Shown here one piece after another: positions 52,846 through 64,000 of a stretch of DNA of 64,000 nucleotides. The DNA comes from Eledone cirrhosa. Its lineage: Eukaryota. Positions within the stretch are counted from its first letter, which is position 1, and each line of letters opens with the position of its first letter. The notes below the pieces were generated by a model. It saw only the letters and a list, made by a program, of their open reading frames with translations, made no database searches and was not told the origin of the DNA. Made by a program: the position numbers and the translations under genes. Where the stretch lies: the NCBI GenBank assembly GCA_964016885.1, contig OZ024740.1, positions 337,280,001-337,344,000 of the forward strand, in the 5' to 3' direction.

Positions 52846-54014
52846 CAGAGAAAGAGAGAGGTGCATGGCTTAGTGGTTAAAGCATTGGGCTTGCAACCAG
52901 GAGGTTGTGAGTTTGATTCTCGAATTGGGTGGGTGCACTGAGGCATTGAGTAAGATACTTTATTTCATGTTGTTTCAGTTTACTCAGCTGTACATCACTG
53001 GTGCCTAGCTGTATAAACCATTGCCTTTTCTGTGGAGAGGGGAGACTGTTATGCATGAGCAACCACTGGTCTTTCTAGTGCAAATCTTATGATTATTTGT
53101 GCCACGACAAAAACTGCCCAACACACACTGTAGTGTTGGTGACGTAACAAAACGTGCCCTGTCCACACTATAATGTGGTCATTTTGGTGCTACAATAAAA
53201 AGCACCCAGTCACACTGTAAATGTGGTTGGCTTTAGAAGGGCATCCAGCTGAAGAAACCAAGCCAGAAACGGTTTTGTGTGAGCAAGACATGGTCATCTG
53301 ATCTGACTTATCTTACAAAGAGAGAACCTGTCTAACCCATGCTAGTGTGGAAAATGGCCATTAAACAGTGATGATGATGATGATAATGATGATATATAAA
53401 TATATATATCATCCCCCATCATTTTCAAGGGTTGGACAGGTCATCATAGACAAAGTCAGTACTCATGCAGAGCTATTGTCCTCTCAGATAAGCTGTGGGC
53501 CCAAATCTGGCTTACTTATGTCTCTACACTCTACTGAATGATCAAATGGGTTGGAAGTTTGCATTCTGATTACATACATTCTGTTCTACTAATTGCATTT
53601 GATCGTGGTAGTAGCACTAAAAAGGTTGTCACATCTTTTGCCAATTTATACATATATATTGTCCCACCCTTGCAAGCAGGGAAAAACGGACGTAAAATGA
53701 TGATGATGATGATGAAGGTAAAGTAAGGGTCACAAATATTTATATATATGTATAGGCAACACAAGTTTTCTCTCGGTGAAAGAAAGTCTGGCTGGTATGA
53801 TACCTGGGAAGAGGTTGTAAGAGCTGATCTCAAATCACTATAGTTCACAGAGGCGATGATAAAGGAACACAATGATTTAAGAAAAACTGTGCTGGAAAAG
53901 AACCATCCAACCCATTGAAGCATGGAAAAACAGATGTAAAATAATGATGATGATGATGATTATATATATATATATAAACAACTAGAAGTAAAATTATCAA
54001 AATTTCATATCTGT

Positions 54015-54972
54015 ATCATCATCATCATCATCATCATCGTTTAACGTCCATGTTCCACGCTTGCATGGGTTTGGACGGGAGTTTTCCCACTTGAGGCAAG
54101 AGTGGTTGTCTTGCTCACATAGGACTGTCTGGCGGGTTTTCTACAGTTGGATGCCCTTCCTAACACCAACCACATTTACAGTGTGGGACTGGGAGGTTTT
54201 TACCGTGTTGCCTACACGGCCACATTACAGCGTGGACTGTGTGTTTTTTTGTTGTGACACCTACACGATCTCATTTGTTTCAGCCTGGATGTTGTGGCAC
54301 CAACATAACTTTACATTGAAAGAGGCGGTGTGGATGGGATGGGGGTGGTGGGACGGGGGTGTATTTTGTTAGAGATGCCTACTGACTGTAGTAGGTTTTA
54401 CTTTGTATTTAGGTAAGGCGGATCTTCTCTATTACTGAGTGCCGCCAAAGATCTCGGTCCAGTGACATTGTCTTGGAGAGGTGTAAGTGTGTGAGGTCGG
54501 AGTTTATCAGGTCGTCCCAGGTTTTTCTGGGTCTGCCTACTCCATGGCTACCGTCTATCTTTATTGCCCTGCACTTTTTTATACAGCTGTCGTCTTTCAT
54601 GCGCATCACGTGACCATACCAACGTAGCCTTCTCTCGAGTAAACAACATCTGATCCCACTTATTTCTAATTTTTCCCTTAGTTCGTTTATGCTTTGCCGT
54701 TTGCGTATATTACTATTACACATCCAGCGGAGCATGCAAGCTTCGTTCCTCTCTAGTCTGCGTATATCCTCTGCATACAATGCCCAGGTCTCACTGCCAT
54801 GCAACATTGCTGTTCGTATGCAGGCATCATACAGCCTGCCTTTCATTTTTAGGGAGAACCCTTTAGCGGCTAATAGTGGTATAAGCTCTCTGAACTTTTT
54901 CCATCCAGTTCTGACTCTAGCTACTGTACTTTCAGAGCACCCTCCCCCACTGCTGATTTTGTCACCCAGGTA
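54015..54972 (-). mobile_element. 5'-truncated young RTE LINE (RT C-terminus, 3' UTR, tail)
   Basis: ORF 54409-54846; near-identical to the reverse complement of 59323-60400. Confidence 0.93.
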
Positions 54973-55323
54973 TATTTAGTTTATTTTGTAAATCTAGTAT
55001 ATTATTTATGGGAAATATTTTATAACACTCCATAAAATATATGAATTGCATAGAATTAATTAATTCACATGTTTTATGTTATATTATGAAATATTTCTTA
55101 TAAATAAGATACTCAATCATCATCATCACCGTTTTTATGCTAGCATTAGTAAGACAAGACTATTTTGAAGTAATTTTCCTCTAGATAAATATCCTGGGGC
55201 TACACCATTCTTTAGTTTATGAGTATGTTTTATACTACTCATTTTTATTGACTGCAGCACTATGGGATATATATATATTTATATGCTTTAAATGTTGTCA
55301 ATATGAAAATGCATGTGATAAAC

Positions 55324-55359
<36 letters not shown>

Positions 55360-55780
55360 GTATATATGATGCGTTTACATGGAGTTTCCATCTACCAAAT
55401 TCACTCACAAGGCTTTACTCAGAAGACATTTGCTCATGATGCCACATAATGGAATGGAACCTAAAACCATGTAGTTGTAAAATGAACTTCATAGCTTGTA
55501 CCTCCCAGTCATGCTTGCATCTCTCATCCATGCCTGTATTTTGCAGTTATATTTTCCCATCACTATCATACCTGTGCCTCATAGTCATGCTTGCACCTAC
55601 TAGGTGTATATCATAAACTGAATATAAGCTTAAACAAGGCTGTTGTTTAGTATACTATATATATTTAGAATATTATTTCCAAGAAGTGTTTCACAAAATT
55701 AATTCTATATAAATATGCATATATAAACTTAGTGAGGTATTCTTTCCTAGATGTCACATAATAATCTAAGACAACAAATT

Positions 55781-56025
55781 TGTACCTGCAGAAACCTCTT
55801 AGCCTTTTCACTTAGAGGCTCATACCTCACTAAAGGTGTGATATATGGAGTAACCATAACATCTACAGATGGTATTGAGAAAAATTACATGGGACTCACA
55901 CTGCAAATACCTTTAATGGATGATATGACCAGCATATAAACTCATTCAGGCTGAGACACAGAGAGGTGGAATTCTCTCTGTCATAGTTAATTTGAATACT
56001 AAAGGATCATGGAACAGAATATTCT
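55781..56025 (+). pseudogene. Penelope-like element GIY-YIG endonuclease relic
   Basis: CTCRN...LRGSYLTKGVIYGVTITSTDGIEKNYMGLT, then after a frameshift ANTFNG*YDQHINSFR...LS*LI*ILK. Matches the CxC..C.L.G.CL...VIY...YIG.T...F..R...H..SF pattern. Confidence 0.75.
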
Positions 56026-56606
56026 GAGTTCAAGCAGAATATTCTGAGTATTCTGCAGCGGTTAAACTTGATTTTTCCTTCCTTTAAGTAGTGGGGCTGA
56101 TAAAACAATACACTATACCTTTTATGAGCCTGCGCTTATTTGAAAAATTATATATGAAAATCTCCACTAAAAATGGCTGGCAAATTTCCCTTAAATCACA
56201 CTTTGCCATCTTAAAAGAATCAACCTGGGTCAAAGAAGAAAATGAAGACGGAGAAAGAGAAGGAGGTTGAGAAGGATGAAGAGGTTGAGGAGGAGAAAAA
56301 GAAAATTGATGATAACAGCACCAACAACAGCAACAGCAACAATAATGACAATATATACATATATTCTGGTGGAAAAACCAAAGTAAAACACAAAGGAAAA
56401 TTAAACAGGAAAGAAGGACTGATTTCATATTGAAGAAGTAATCTAAATTGCATTTATTTGAAACAATATGTTGGAACTGCTGCTAACTCTATCAGCAGAA
56501 AATTCCATCCAATCTCCCAACACCAAAAAAAAACAAAAACCTAAACCAATAACCAAAACTGTTGTCTAAAGTTTAATATCTACCATTGTTCTATTGTTTT
56601 TGCTAG

Positions 56607-56675
56607 GACACTGATAATATTGAGAATTATCTGAAAGCTACCCATCTCCTGTTTAATCATGTGGTAAAGACGCAG
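56607..56675 (+). CDS. BAIAP3: Probable exon F of the same gene (helix following C2A)
   Basis: ctattgtttttgctag| ... cag|gtagga. 69 nt, phase 0 to 0, open: [23 protein letters not shown]. Phase and position fit the post-C2A helix; similarity is weak. Confidence 0.6.
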
Positions 56676-56756
56676 GTAGGAAGGTCAATGGTCATTTGTT
56701 CCATTTTTCACTTTTCGCTATTTTGATTTCTACTGTCTCAATCCTCAATGCAAACC

Positions 56757-56845
<89 letters not shown>

Positions 56846-56956
56846 TATATACATTTATACACACACACCCACATGCCCACAAGTATGTATATATATGTAT
56901 ATACATATTTATATAAATACATGTATATATACATACATATATATACATATATATAT

Positions 56957-57029
<73 letters not shown>

Positions 57030-57034
57030 TACAT

Positions 57035-57068
<34 letters not shown>

Positions 57069-57171
57069 GCATATATGGATTTATTTTTGTGTACAATCTA
57101 CTTAAGTGTAAATATCACATATGTATATTATCTTCATCATCCTTTAATGTCTGTTTTTTCATGCTTGCATG

Positions 57172-57246
<75 letters not shown>

Positions 57247-57546
57247 TACATGCACACACACACATATTTCTATTGTAGATTTAACTCTGAAGAACATATT
57301 TGCCATGTTTGTGCTTCTTTAAATATTGCCAGTATCAAACAATCCAGATTTATTAACTCTCTATGCAACAGTATTAATAATAATAATGATAATAATAATG
57401 ATAATAATAATAATAATGATGATGATAATAATGATAATAATAATAATGATGATGAATGGTGGTAGTAATGATGATGGCAAATAAAATAATAATGATGATG
57501 CTGATAATAATGATAATTGTTTCTACTTTTGGCACAAGGCCAGCAA

Positions 57547-57647
57547 TTTAGCTTCCATATTTTTCTCCTGAGGATAGTCCTCTTCTGCTGTCGACGTACT
57601 CGACAGCAGAAGAGGACTATCCTCAGGAGAAAAATATGGAAGCTAAA
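57547..57647. repeat. Perfect 48-bp-arm hairpin at the LINE 5' junction
   Basis: 57547-57594 is the exact reverse complement of 57600-57647; loop cgtac. Confidence 0.95.
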
Positions 57648-60400
57648 GGACCCCACAGCCAGAAATAAATTTCAAAGCATATTACTTGACGCTTTCGACA
57701 GTAAGGAAGAGCATTTAGAGTCGGACAATATAGAGGGACAGTGGGAATTCCTGAAAGCAAACCTGCTGATGGCGGCAGACGAAGTCTGTGGCCGGAGCAG
57801 GCCTATAGGCAGGAGGAGAGTAACATGGTGGTGGAACAGTAAGGTGGAGGAGTCGATTAAGGCCAAAAAGCAGGCTTGGAAAATATGGCGGGATGGAGGA
57901 AGTAGAGAAGACTATCAAGTGGCCAGGAGGGAAGCTAGGAGACAAGTGTACTTCGCAAGAAGGGAAGCAGAGGAAAGAAAGTTCAAGCATGTTCTACAAC
58001 GCGAGGACCAAAAACATGAGGTGTTCAGGACTGCTAGGCAATGTGTCAAGGAAAACCGTGATATTGTCGGGGAGAAGTGTGTACTTAATGATGACGGCGT
58101 ACTTGCCATCACTGACGCTGATAAGAAGGTAGCTTGGAAGTGTCACTATGAAAGGCTACTAAATGAGGAGAATAAATGGGAGAAGGATAGTCTCCCCCAG
58201 ATCGACCCAATAGAGGGACCAGCAGTGTTAGTTGAAGGTAGTATAATAAGTAAGGCGATCAAAGATATGAAGACGGGTAAGGCGGCTGGGCCTTCGGAAA
58301 TAGTCGCTGAGATGCTGAAGGCCTCTGGAACGGTGGGACACACCATGGTCACCCGGATAGTAAACCAAGTCATACAGAATGGGGTTGTTCCGAAGGACTG
58401 GCGTAGCAGCATCATCATTAACTGTTAGAAGGGTAAAGGAGACGCCCTAGATAGGAGTAACTATAGAGGGATTAAATTAATCGACCAGGTCATGAAGGTC
58501 ACGGAAAAAGTAATAGTGCAACTAATCAGAGAGAGAATCGATCTAGATGAAATACAGTTCGGGTTTGTGTCAGGCAAAAGTACAACAGACGCTCTTTTCA
58601 TTGTACGACAACTACAGGAGAAGTACCTAGCTAAAAGTAAACCCCTATACTTAGCCTTTGTCGACTTGGAGAAAGCCTTCGACAGAGTCCCCCGTTCCAT
58701 TATCTGGTGGGCTCTTAGAAAACTAGGTGTTGACGAATGGCTTGTGAGAGCTATACAAGCCATGTATAAAGAAACAGTGAGCAAGGTTAGAATTAACAAC
58801 GAATATAGTGAAGAGTTTAGCGTAAAAGTTGGTGTCCATCAGGGCTCTGTTCTTAGCCCCCTACTATTCATTATTGCTCTTCAGGCTATAACAGAGGAGT
58901 TCAAGACCGGCTGCCCATGGGAACTCCTATACGCAGATGACCTAACGCTCATAGCTGAATCAATGGCCGAGCTAGAGAAGAAATTCCAAACATGGAAGCA
59001 CGGCCTAGAATCAAAAGGCCTTAAAATTAACATGGCTAAGACTAAAGTTCTAGTTTGTAGGAAAGAAAATAAGGCGCCGGTCCCTTCCGGGAAATGGCCA
59101 TGCTCAGTGTGTAGGAAAGGCGTAGGTAGAAACTCCATTTTATGTCCCAAATGTAAAGTATGGGTGCATAAAAGATGTAGTGGGATCACAGGTAAGCTAA
59201 CTAAGAACACAGATTTTACATGTGGCCGGTGCTCTGGTGCAATAAGTAGCAGCAAGTGCCAACAAAATACTAGCTCTTTCAACTGCGCAGAGGGTTCTAT
59301 AGAAATAGTGGACAGCTTCCGTTACCTGGGTGACAAAATCAGCAGTGGGGGAGGGTGCTCCGAAAGTACAGTAGCTAGAGTCAGAACTGGATGGAAAAAG
59401 TTCAGAGAGCTTATACCACTATTAGCCGCTAAAGGGTTCTCCCTAAAAGTGAAAGGCAGGTTGTATGATGCCTGCATACGAACAGCAATGTTGCATGGCA
59501 GTGAGACCTGGGCATTGTGTGCAGAGGATATACGCAGACTAGAGAGGAACGAAGCTTGCATGCTCCGCTGGATGTGTAATAGTAATATACGCGAACGGCA
59601 AAGCATAAACGAACTAAGGAAAAAATTAGAAATAAGAGGGATCAGATGTTGTTTACTCGAGAGAAGGCTACGTTGGTATGGTCACGTGATGCGCATGAAA
59701 GACGACAGCTGTATAACAAAGTGCAGGGCAATAAAGATAGATGGTAGCCACGGAGTAGGCAGACCCAGAAAAACCTGGGACGAGCTGATAAATTCCGACC
59801 TCACACACTTACACCTCTCCAAGACAATGTCTCTGGACCGAGACCTTTGGCGGTACTCAGTAACAGAGAAGACCCGCGTTACCTAAATATAAAGTAAAAC
59901 CTACTACAGTCAGTAGGCATCTCTAACAAAATACACCCCCCCCCACACACACACACCCCCACCCCACCCACACCACCCCTTTCAATGTAAAGTTATGTTG
60001 GTGCCACAAAATCCAGGCCGAAACAAATGAGATCGTGTAGGTGTCACGAAAAAAAAAAAACATACAGTCCACGCTGTAATGTGACCATGTAGGCAACACT
60101 GTAAAAACGTCCCAGTCCCACACTGTAAATGTGGTTGGTGTTAGGAAGGGCATCCAGCTGTAGAAAACCTGCCAGACAGTCCACGCTGTAATGTGGCCGT
60201 GTAGGCAACACGGTAAAAACCTCCCAGCCCCACACTGTAAATGTGGTTGGTGTTAGGAAGGGCATCCAACTGTAGAAAACCCGCCAGACAGTCCTATGCG
60301 AGCAAGACAACCACTCTTGCCTCAAGTGGGAAAACTCCCGTCCAAACCCATGCAAGCATGGAACACGGACGTTAAACGATGATGATGATGATGATGATGA
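57600..60400 (+). mobile_element. 5'-truncated young RTE LINE; RT ORF broken by one nonsense codon
   Basis: ORFs 57517-58428 and 58492-59886 are in the same frame, split by TAG at 58426 (NC*KGKG versus NCYKGKG in the 13-kb copy). All RT motifs, 3' UTR and (GAT)n tail present. Inserted into a family-2 SINE (halves ~57512-57546 and ~60401-60537). Confidence 0.95.
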
Positions 60401-60537
60401 TTACTGGTACTTTATTTTATTGACCCCGTAAGGATGAAAGGCAAAGTTAACCTCTGCGGGATTTGAACTCAGATAATAAAGGGCCGTAACTCTTTGCTGC
60501 AAAGCATGGCGTCCGATCTTCTACCGATACTGCCAAT

Positions 60538-60926
60538 GATAATAATGGTGAATATGATGATGAGGACAATGATGATGATTATGATTGCGATGATGATGAT
60601 GATGATGATGTGATGGTAGCAATGACAATGATGGTGATGATGTTGGTAAATAAAATAATAATGATGACGCTGATAATACTGATAATGATGGTGTCGGTGA
60701 TGATGATGGTGATGATGATTATGATAGTGATGATGATGATGGTGATGGTGATGGTGATGGTAAATAAAATAATAATGATGATGCTGATAATACTGATAAT
60801 GATGGTGTCGGTGATGATGATGGTGATGATGATTATGATAGTGATGATGATGATGATGATGATGGTGAGGATGATGGTAAATAAAATAATAATGATGATG
60901 CTGATAATGATGGTGAAAGTGATGAA

Positions 60927-60960
<34 letters not shown>

Positions 60961-61030
60961 GCAATGATGATGATGAAGATGATGATGATGATGATGGTGA
61001 TGATTGCAATGTTGATGATGGTGATGAGGA
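60538..61030. repeat. (GAT)n field with ~115-bp internal duplication
   Basis: Repeated ggtaaataaaataataatgatga.gctgataat module; the same module occurs at ~57479. Confidence 0.85.
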
Positions 61031-61717
61031 AAAGTATATGTTATAGACACGGTTGATAATGTTTAGTTGTTATATAATTGCTTTGAGGTTCATAACTTGT
61101 AAAAGTGATTATTTATAGACATCATATATGTGTATGTGGAAATGCCAATATGTTTGTGTGGTGGTGGTACTTCTGTGTGTGTTTGTCACTATGTGTATGT
61201 ATGTATATGCATTTGGTGTATGTCTTTGTGTATGCATCTATCTGCTTCTCGTTTTGTGTGGTTGAGTCTGTCTCTCTTAAATATCTGTACACACACATAT
61301 ACATGCATATATATATATATATATACAGATATTTTAATACTAATCTATCTATCAATCCAACCCATGCCACCATAGAAAATGGTGATGAGGATGATACATA
61401 CATACATACATACATACACACATATACATACATACACAGACACACTCTCACACACACACACATATATATATATTCAAACCACCCTTTCCACATAAAACAG
61501 AAATAACTTTTGAACACCAACCAGATGCAAGAAAAAGCACAAACCCTCCACCTCAATTCTACTTTTGAAAAGCATAAGAACTATGAAACCGGTAAAGGAA
61601 ACAAATAAATATTCTTAAAAAGACTCCAGTTACATTTTCCATTTCTTTCCCTTATACTTTCATTCGTGTAGGACATCTCATTTTTTTTATTTAAAGAAAA
61701 CCTCATTTTCTCATATA

Positions 61718-62109
61718 TGAAGGCAAATGGCTTAGTGGTTAGAGCATTGGGCTTGCAATCGAAAGGTTGTGAGTTCAATTCTCAGACCGTGTGATGTGTT
61801 GTTTCTTTGAGCAAGACACTTTATTTCACATTGCTCCAGTTTATTCAGCTGTAGAAATGAGATGATAGGACTGGGATCCCTATCATTCTGCTGCAAAATT
61901 GTCGTGGAGGTGCCACGGCAAAAAAGCACCCAGCACTCACTGTAAATAAGGTTGGTGTTAGGAAGGGCATCCAGCTGTAGAAATCAAGCTAGAATCAGTT
62001 CCCGTATGAGCAAGACAAGGTCAGCTGACTGGACACTTCCTACAACAGGACAATCCGTCTAACCCATGCTAGCATGGAAGAACGGACGTAAAACGGTGAT
62101 GATGATGAT
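61718..62109 (+). mobile_element. Full-length SINE family 1 with long RTE-type tail
   Basis: tRNA-like head tggcttagtggttagagc...gagttcaattctc; body matches the 23643-23989 copy; ends aacggacgtaaaacgg(tga)n. Confidence 0.9.
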
Positions 62110-62243
62110 ATATATGTATGTTAGTTTGGAGTGTAACTACAGTTGCAGGTGACATGCTGTTCAAAGCACTCAATACTGTTACGAGGTCTGTCTCATGTGG
62201 GTTGTATTCCAGAGTTAAGGCAGCTGTAGTGTGCAGAGTGTAA

Positions 62244-62546
62244 AGATATTAAGTAGAATCGAAGTCAGTGCTGCAGCATATGTACAAACTTTATTGGTAT
62301 GTTACAATTGTTTCGATATCGAGCAGCTCAGGGTACAATCGAAATGATGGGGTCTGACACTTTTTCAACATCTCGTCAGATATGTGAGTTCACATATAAA
62401 CTCACATATCTGACGAGATGTTGAAAAAGAGTCAGATCCCCATCATTTTGATTGTACCCTGAGCTGATCGATATCGAAACAATTGTAACATACCAATAAA
62501 GTTTGTACATATGCTGCAGCACTGACTTCGATTCTACTTAATATCT
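62244..62546. repeat. ~147-bp-arm inverted repeat carrying a hammerhead-like core (probable Penelope pLTR fold-back)
   Basis: 62244-62390 pairs with 62399-62546. Right arm: CTGACGA gatgttga...tcgatatc GAAA caattg TA (62410-62487), then aataaa. Confidence 0.85.
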
Positions 62547-62549
62547 CCC

Positions 62550-62588
<39 letters not shown>

Positions 62589-62603
62589 ATATATATATAT
62601 ATA

Positions 62604-63398
62604 CTAGCAGCAGTACCCAGCGTTGCCTGGGTAGGTAAAATAATATCTGCTTTGATGAAAAGGTGTTGATCTTAGCGACTGCTTCTCGATGACTCATCTA
62701 TGGCCACACACAGGGCATACGGGGGAGGGTGGTGATGACCTCTATCACTGAAAAACGCAGGTGACTTACGAAGGAGCATGCTGGGGGAGGGAGTTTCGAA
62801 TTTTAACGAAATCGGTTGAAAAATGTGGGAGCTAGAGCCAAAAAGGCGGAAATTTGAGCGAAAAGGTGGTATTTTCGAATATTTAAGCGGCTGCCACGCC
62901 GTTCCTGAACAAAAAATCCGAAATGTAAAGCCACTTTAAGACGTGAAATAATCAGATCTAGCACAGTGTAACATTTGAAGAAAGTAGGTTGATTAATGTG
63001 GGAGCTAGATTAATGTGGGAAATTTGAGTCTAAAAGTGGTACTTTTGAATATTTAAGCGGCTGCCACATCATCCCTGAACAACAAATATAAAATATAAAG
63101 CCATTACAGGATGTGCAATGATAAATTCTATTTTGCTTTAAAATTTGAACGAAATCGGTGGCAAAATGTGGGAACTGGAGCAAAAAAACTTATTTTTCGA
63201 TACCTAAAAAAAGGTGACACCCTATCGATTTTTATCTGCAGAATGACGCCGGAAAATAAAAAAAAACGATCCCTGATATATAGAAAACACTCCCCGATGA
63301 CTAATCTATGAGTCTGTAAAGTTTCATGAAAATCGGTAATATAGGTAATACACAGACACACAGACATACACACATACTTAATTTTATATATATACAGA
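62604..63398 (-). mobile_element. Non-autonomous Helitron
   Basis: On the minus strand it starts TC, ends CTAG, sits between A and T, and has subterminal hairpin acccag-gcaacg-ctgggt. Internal direct repeats (aatgtgggagctaga; gaatatttaagcggctgccac). Confidence 0.82.
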
Positions 63399-63400
63399 TA

Positions 63401-63622
63401 TCATCATCATCATCGTTTAACTAACGTCCTCTTTCCATGATAGCATGGGTTAGACGGGTTGTCCTATTTGAGGCAGGTTGGGTCAGGTGATCATGTCCTG
63501 CTCATATAGAAATGTTTCTGGCTATATTTCTCCAGCTGGATGCCCTTCCTAATGCCAACCACATTTACAGTGTGTGCTGGGCGCTTTTTGTCATGACTCC
63601 TACACACCACTTTACAGTGTGG
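63401..63622 (-). mobile_element. RTE/SINE 3'-tail fragment
   Basis: (CAT)n followed by ...cagctggatgcccttcctaa...cacatttacagtg, homologous to 12704-12930. Confidence 0.75.
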
Positions 63623-63624
63623 GC

Positions 63625-63719
<95 letters not shown>

Positions 63720-64000
63720 TATATATATATGTAGTCATGGTTGTGTAATTAAGAAATTCTCTTTAGAACAATGTAATTTCATATCCATTTCCACTATTTA
63801 GCACTTTGGGCAAGTGTCTTCTACTACATCTCCAAACCATCTAATTCCTTGGGTGTGAATTTGGTAGATGGAAACTGTAAGGAAGCCTTTCATATAATAT
63901 ATGTACACACACATACACACATGTGGGAGTACATGCATGCCTCAAATGTCATATCAATACTATTAAAAAAGGCAGTGGTGACATTTGTTTATACCAGGCA

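Noticed and set aside
55751-55939. Host exon after tttcctag acceptor
   Set aside because: The translation is a frameshifted Penelope GIY-YIG relic, not Munc13-like.
61718-61795. tRNA genes at SINE heads (also 68, 2969, 23920, 33795, 37185)
   Set aside because: A/B boxes are present, but each runs into a SINE body and tail and lacks a convincing acceptor stem.

Overview
AT-rich, microsatellite-dense eukaryotic genomic DNA. The SINE, RTE and (CAT)n/(TA)n repertoire suggests an octopus or other cephalopod (inference, not proven). The window lies inside one large + strand gene. Five GT-AG exons with fully compatible phases (5557-5632, 16125-16317, 31264-31380, 37538-37613, 51048-51167) and a probable sixth (56607-56675) splice into the C2A domain of a divergent BAIAP3/Munc13-4 (UNC13D)-family protein that appears to have lost its loop-3 Ca2+-binding aspartates. 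The introns hold young 5'-truncated RTE LINEs with a Cys/His finger inside the RT, older RTE/BovB, CR1/L2-group, CRE-like, Penelope and Tc1/mariner relics, tRNA-derived SINEs, piggyBac/hAT/Tigger-type MITEs, a non-autonomous Helitron, an indel-free 40 x 50-bp minisatellite and a ~7.7-kb (RRT)n array. Most long ORFs in the track are repeat artefacts. The least expected signals are three sense-strand hammerhead-ribozyme cores (one complete; two of the three sit in fold-back palindromes with their own antisense copy), a recurrent 'aborted fold-back' junction signature, a near-identical inverted LINE pair bracketing an in-frame exon, and a SINE tail swap between two RTE subfamilies. All calls are by eye, with no database searches.
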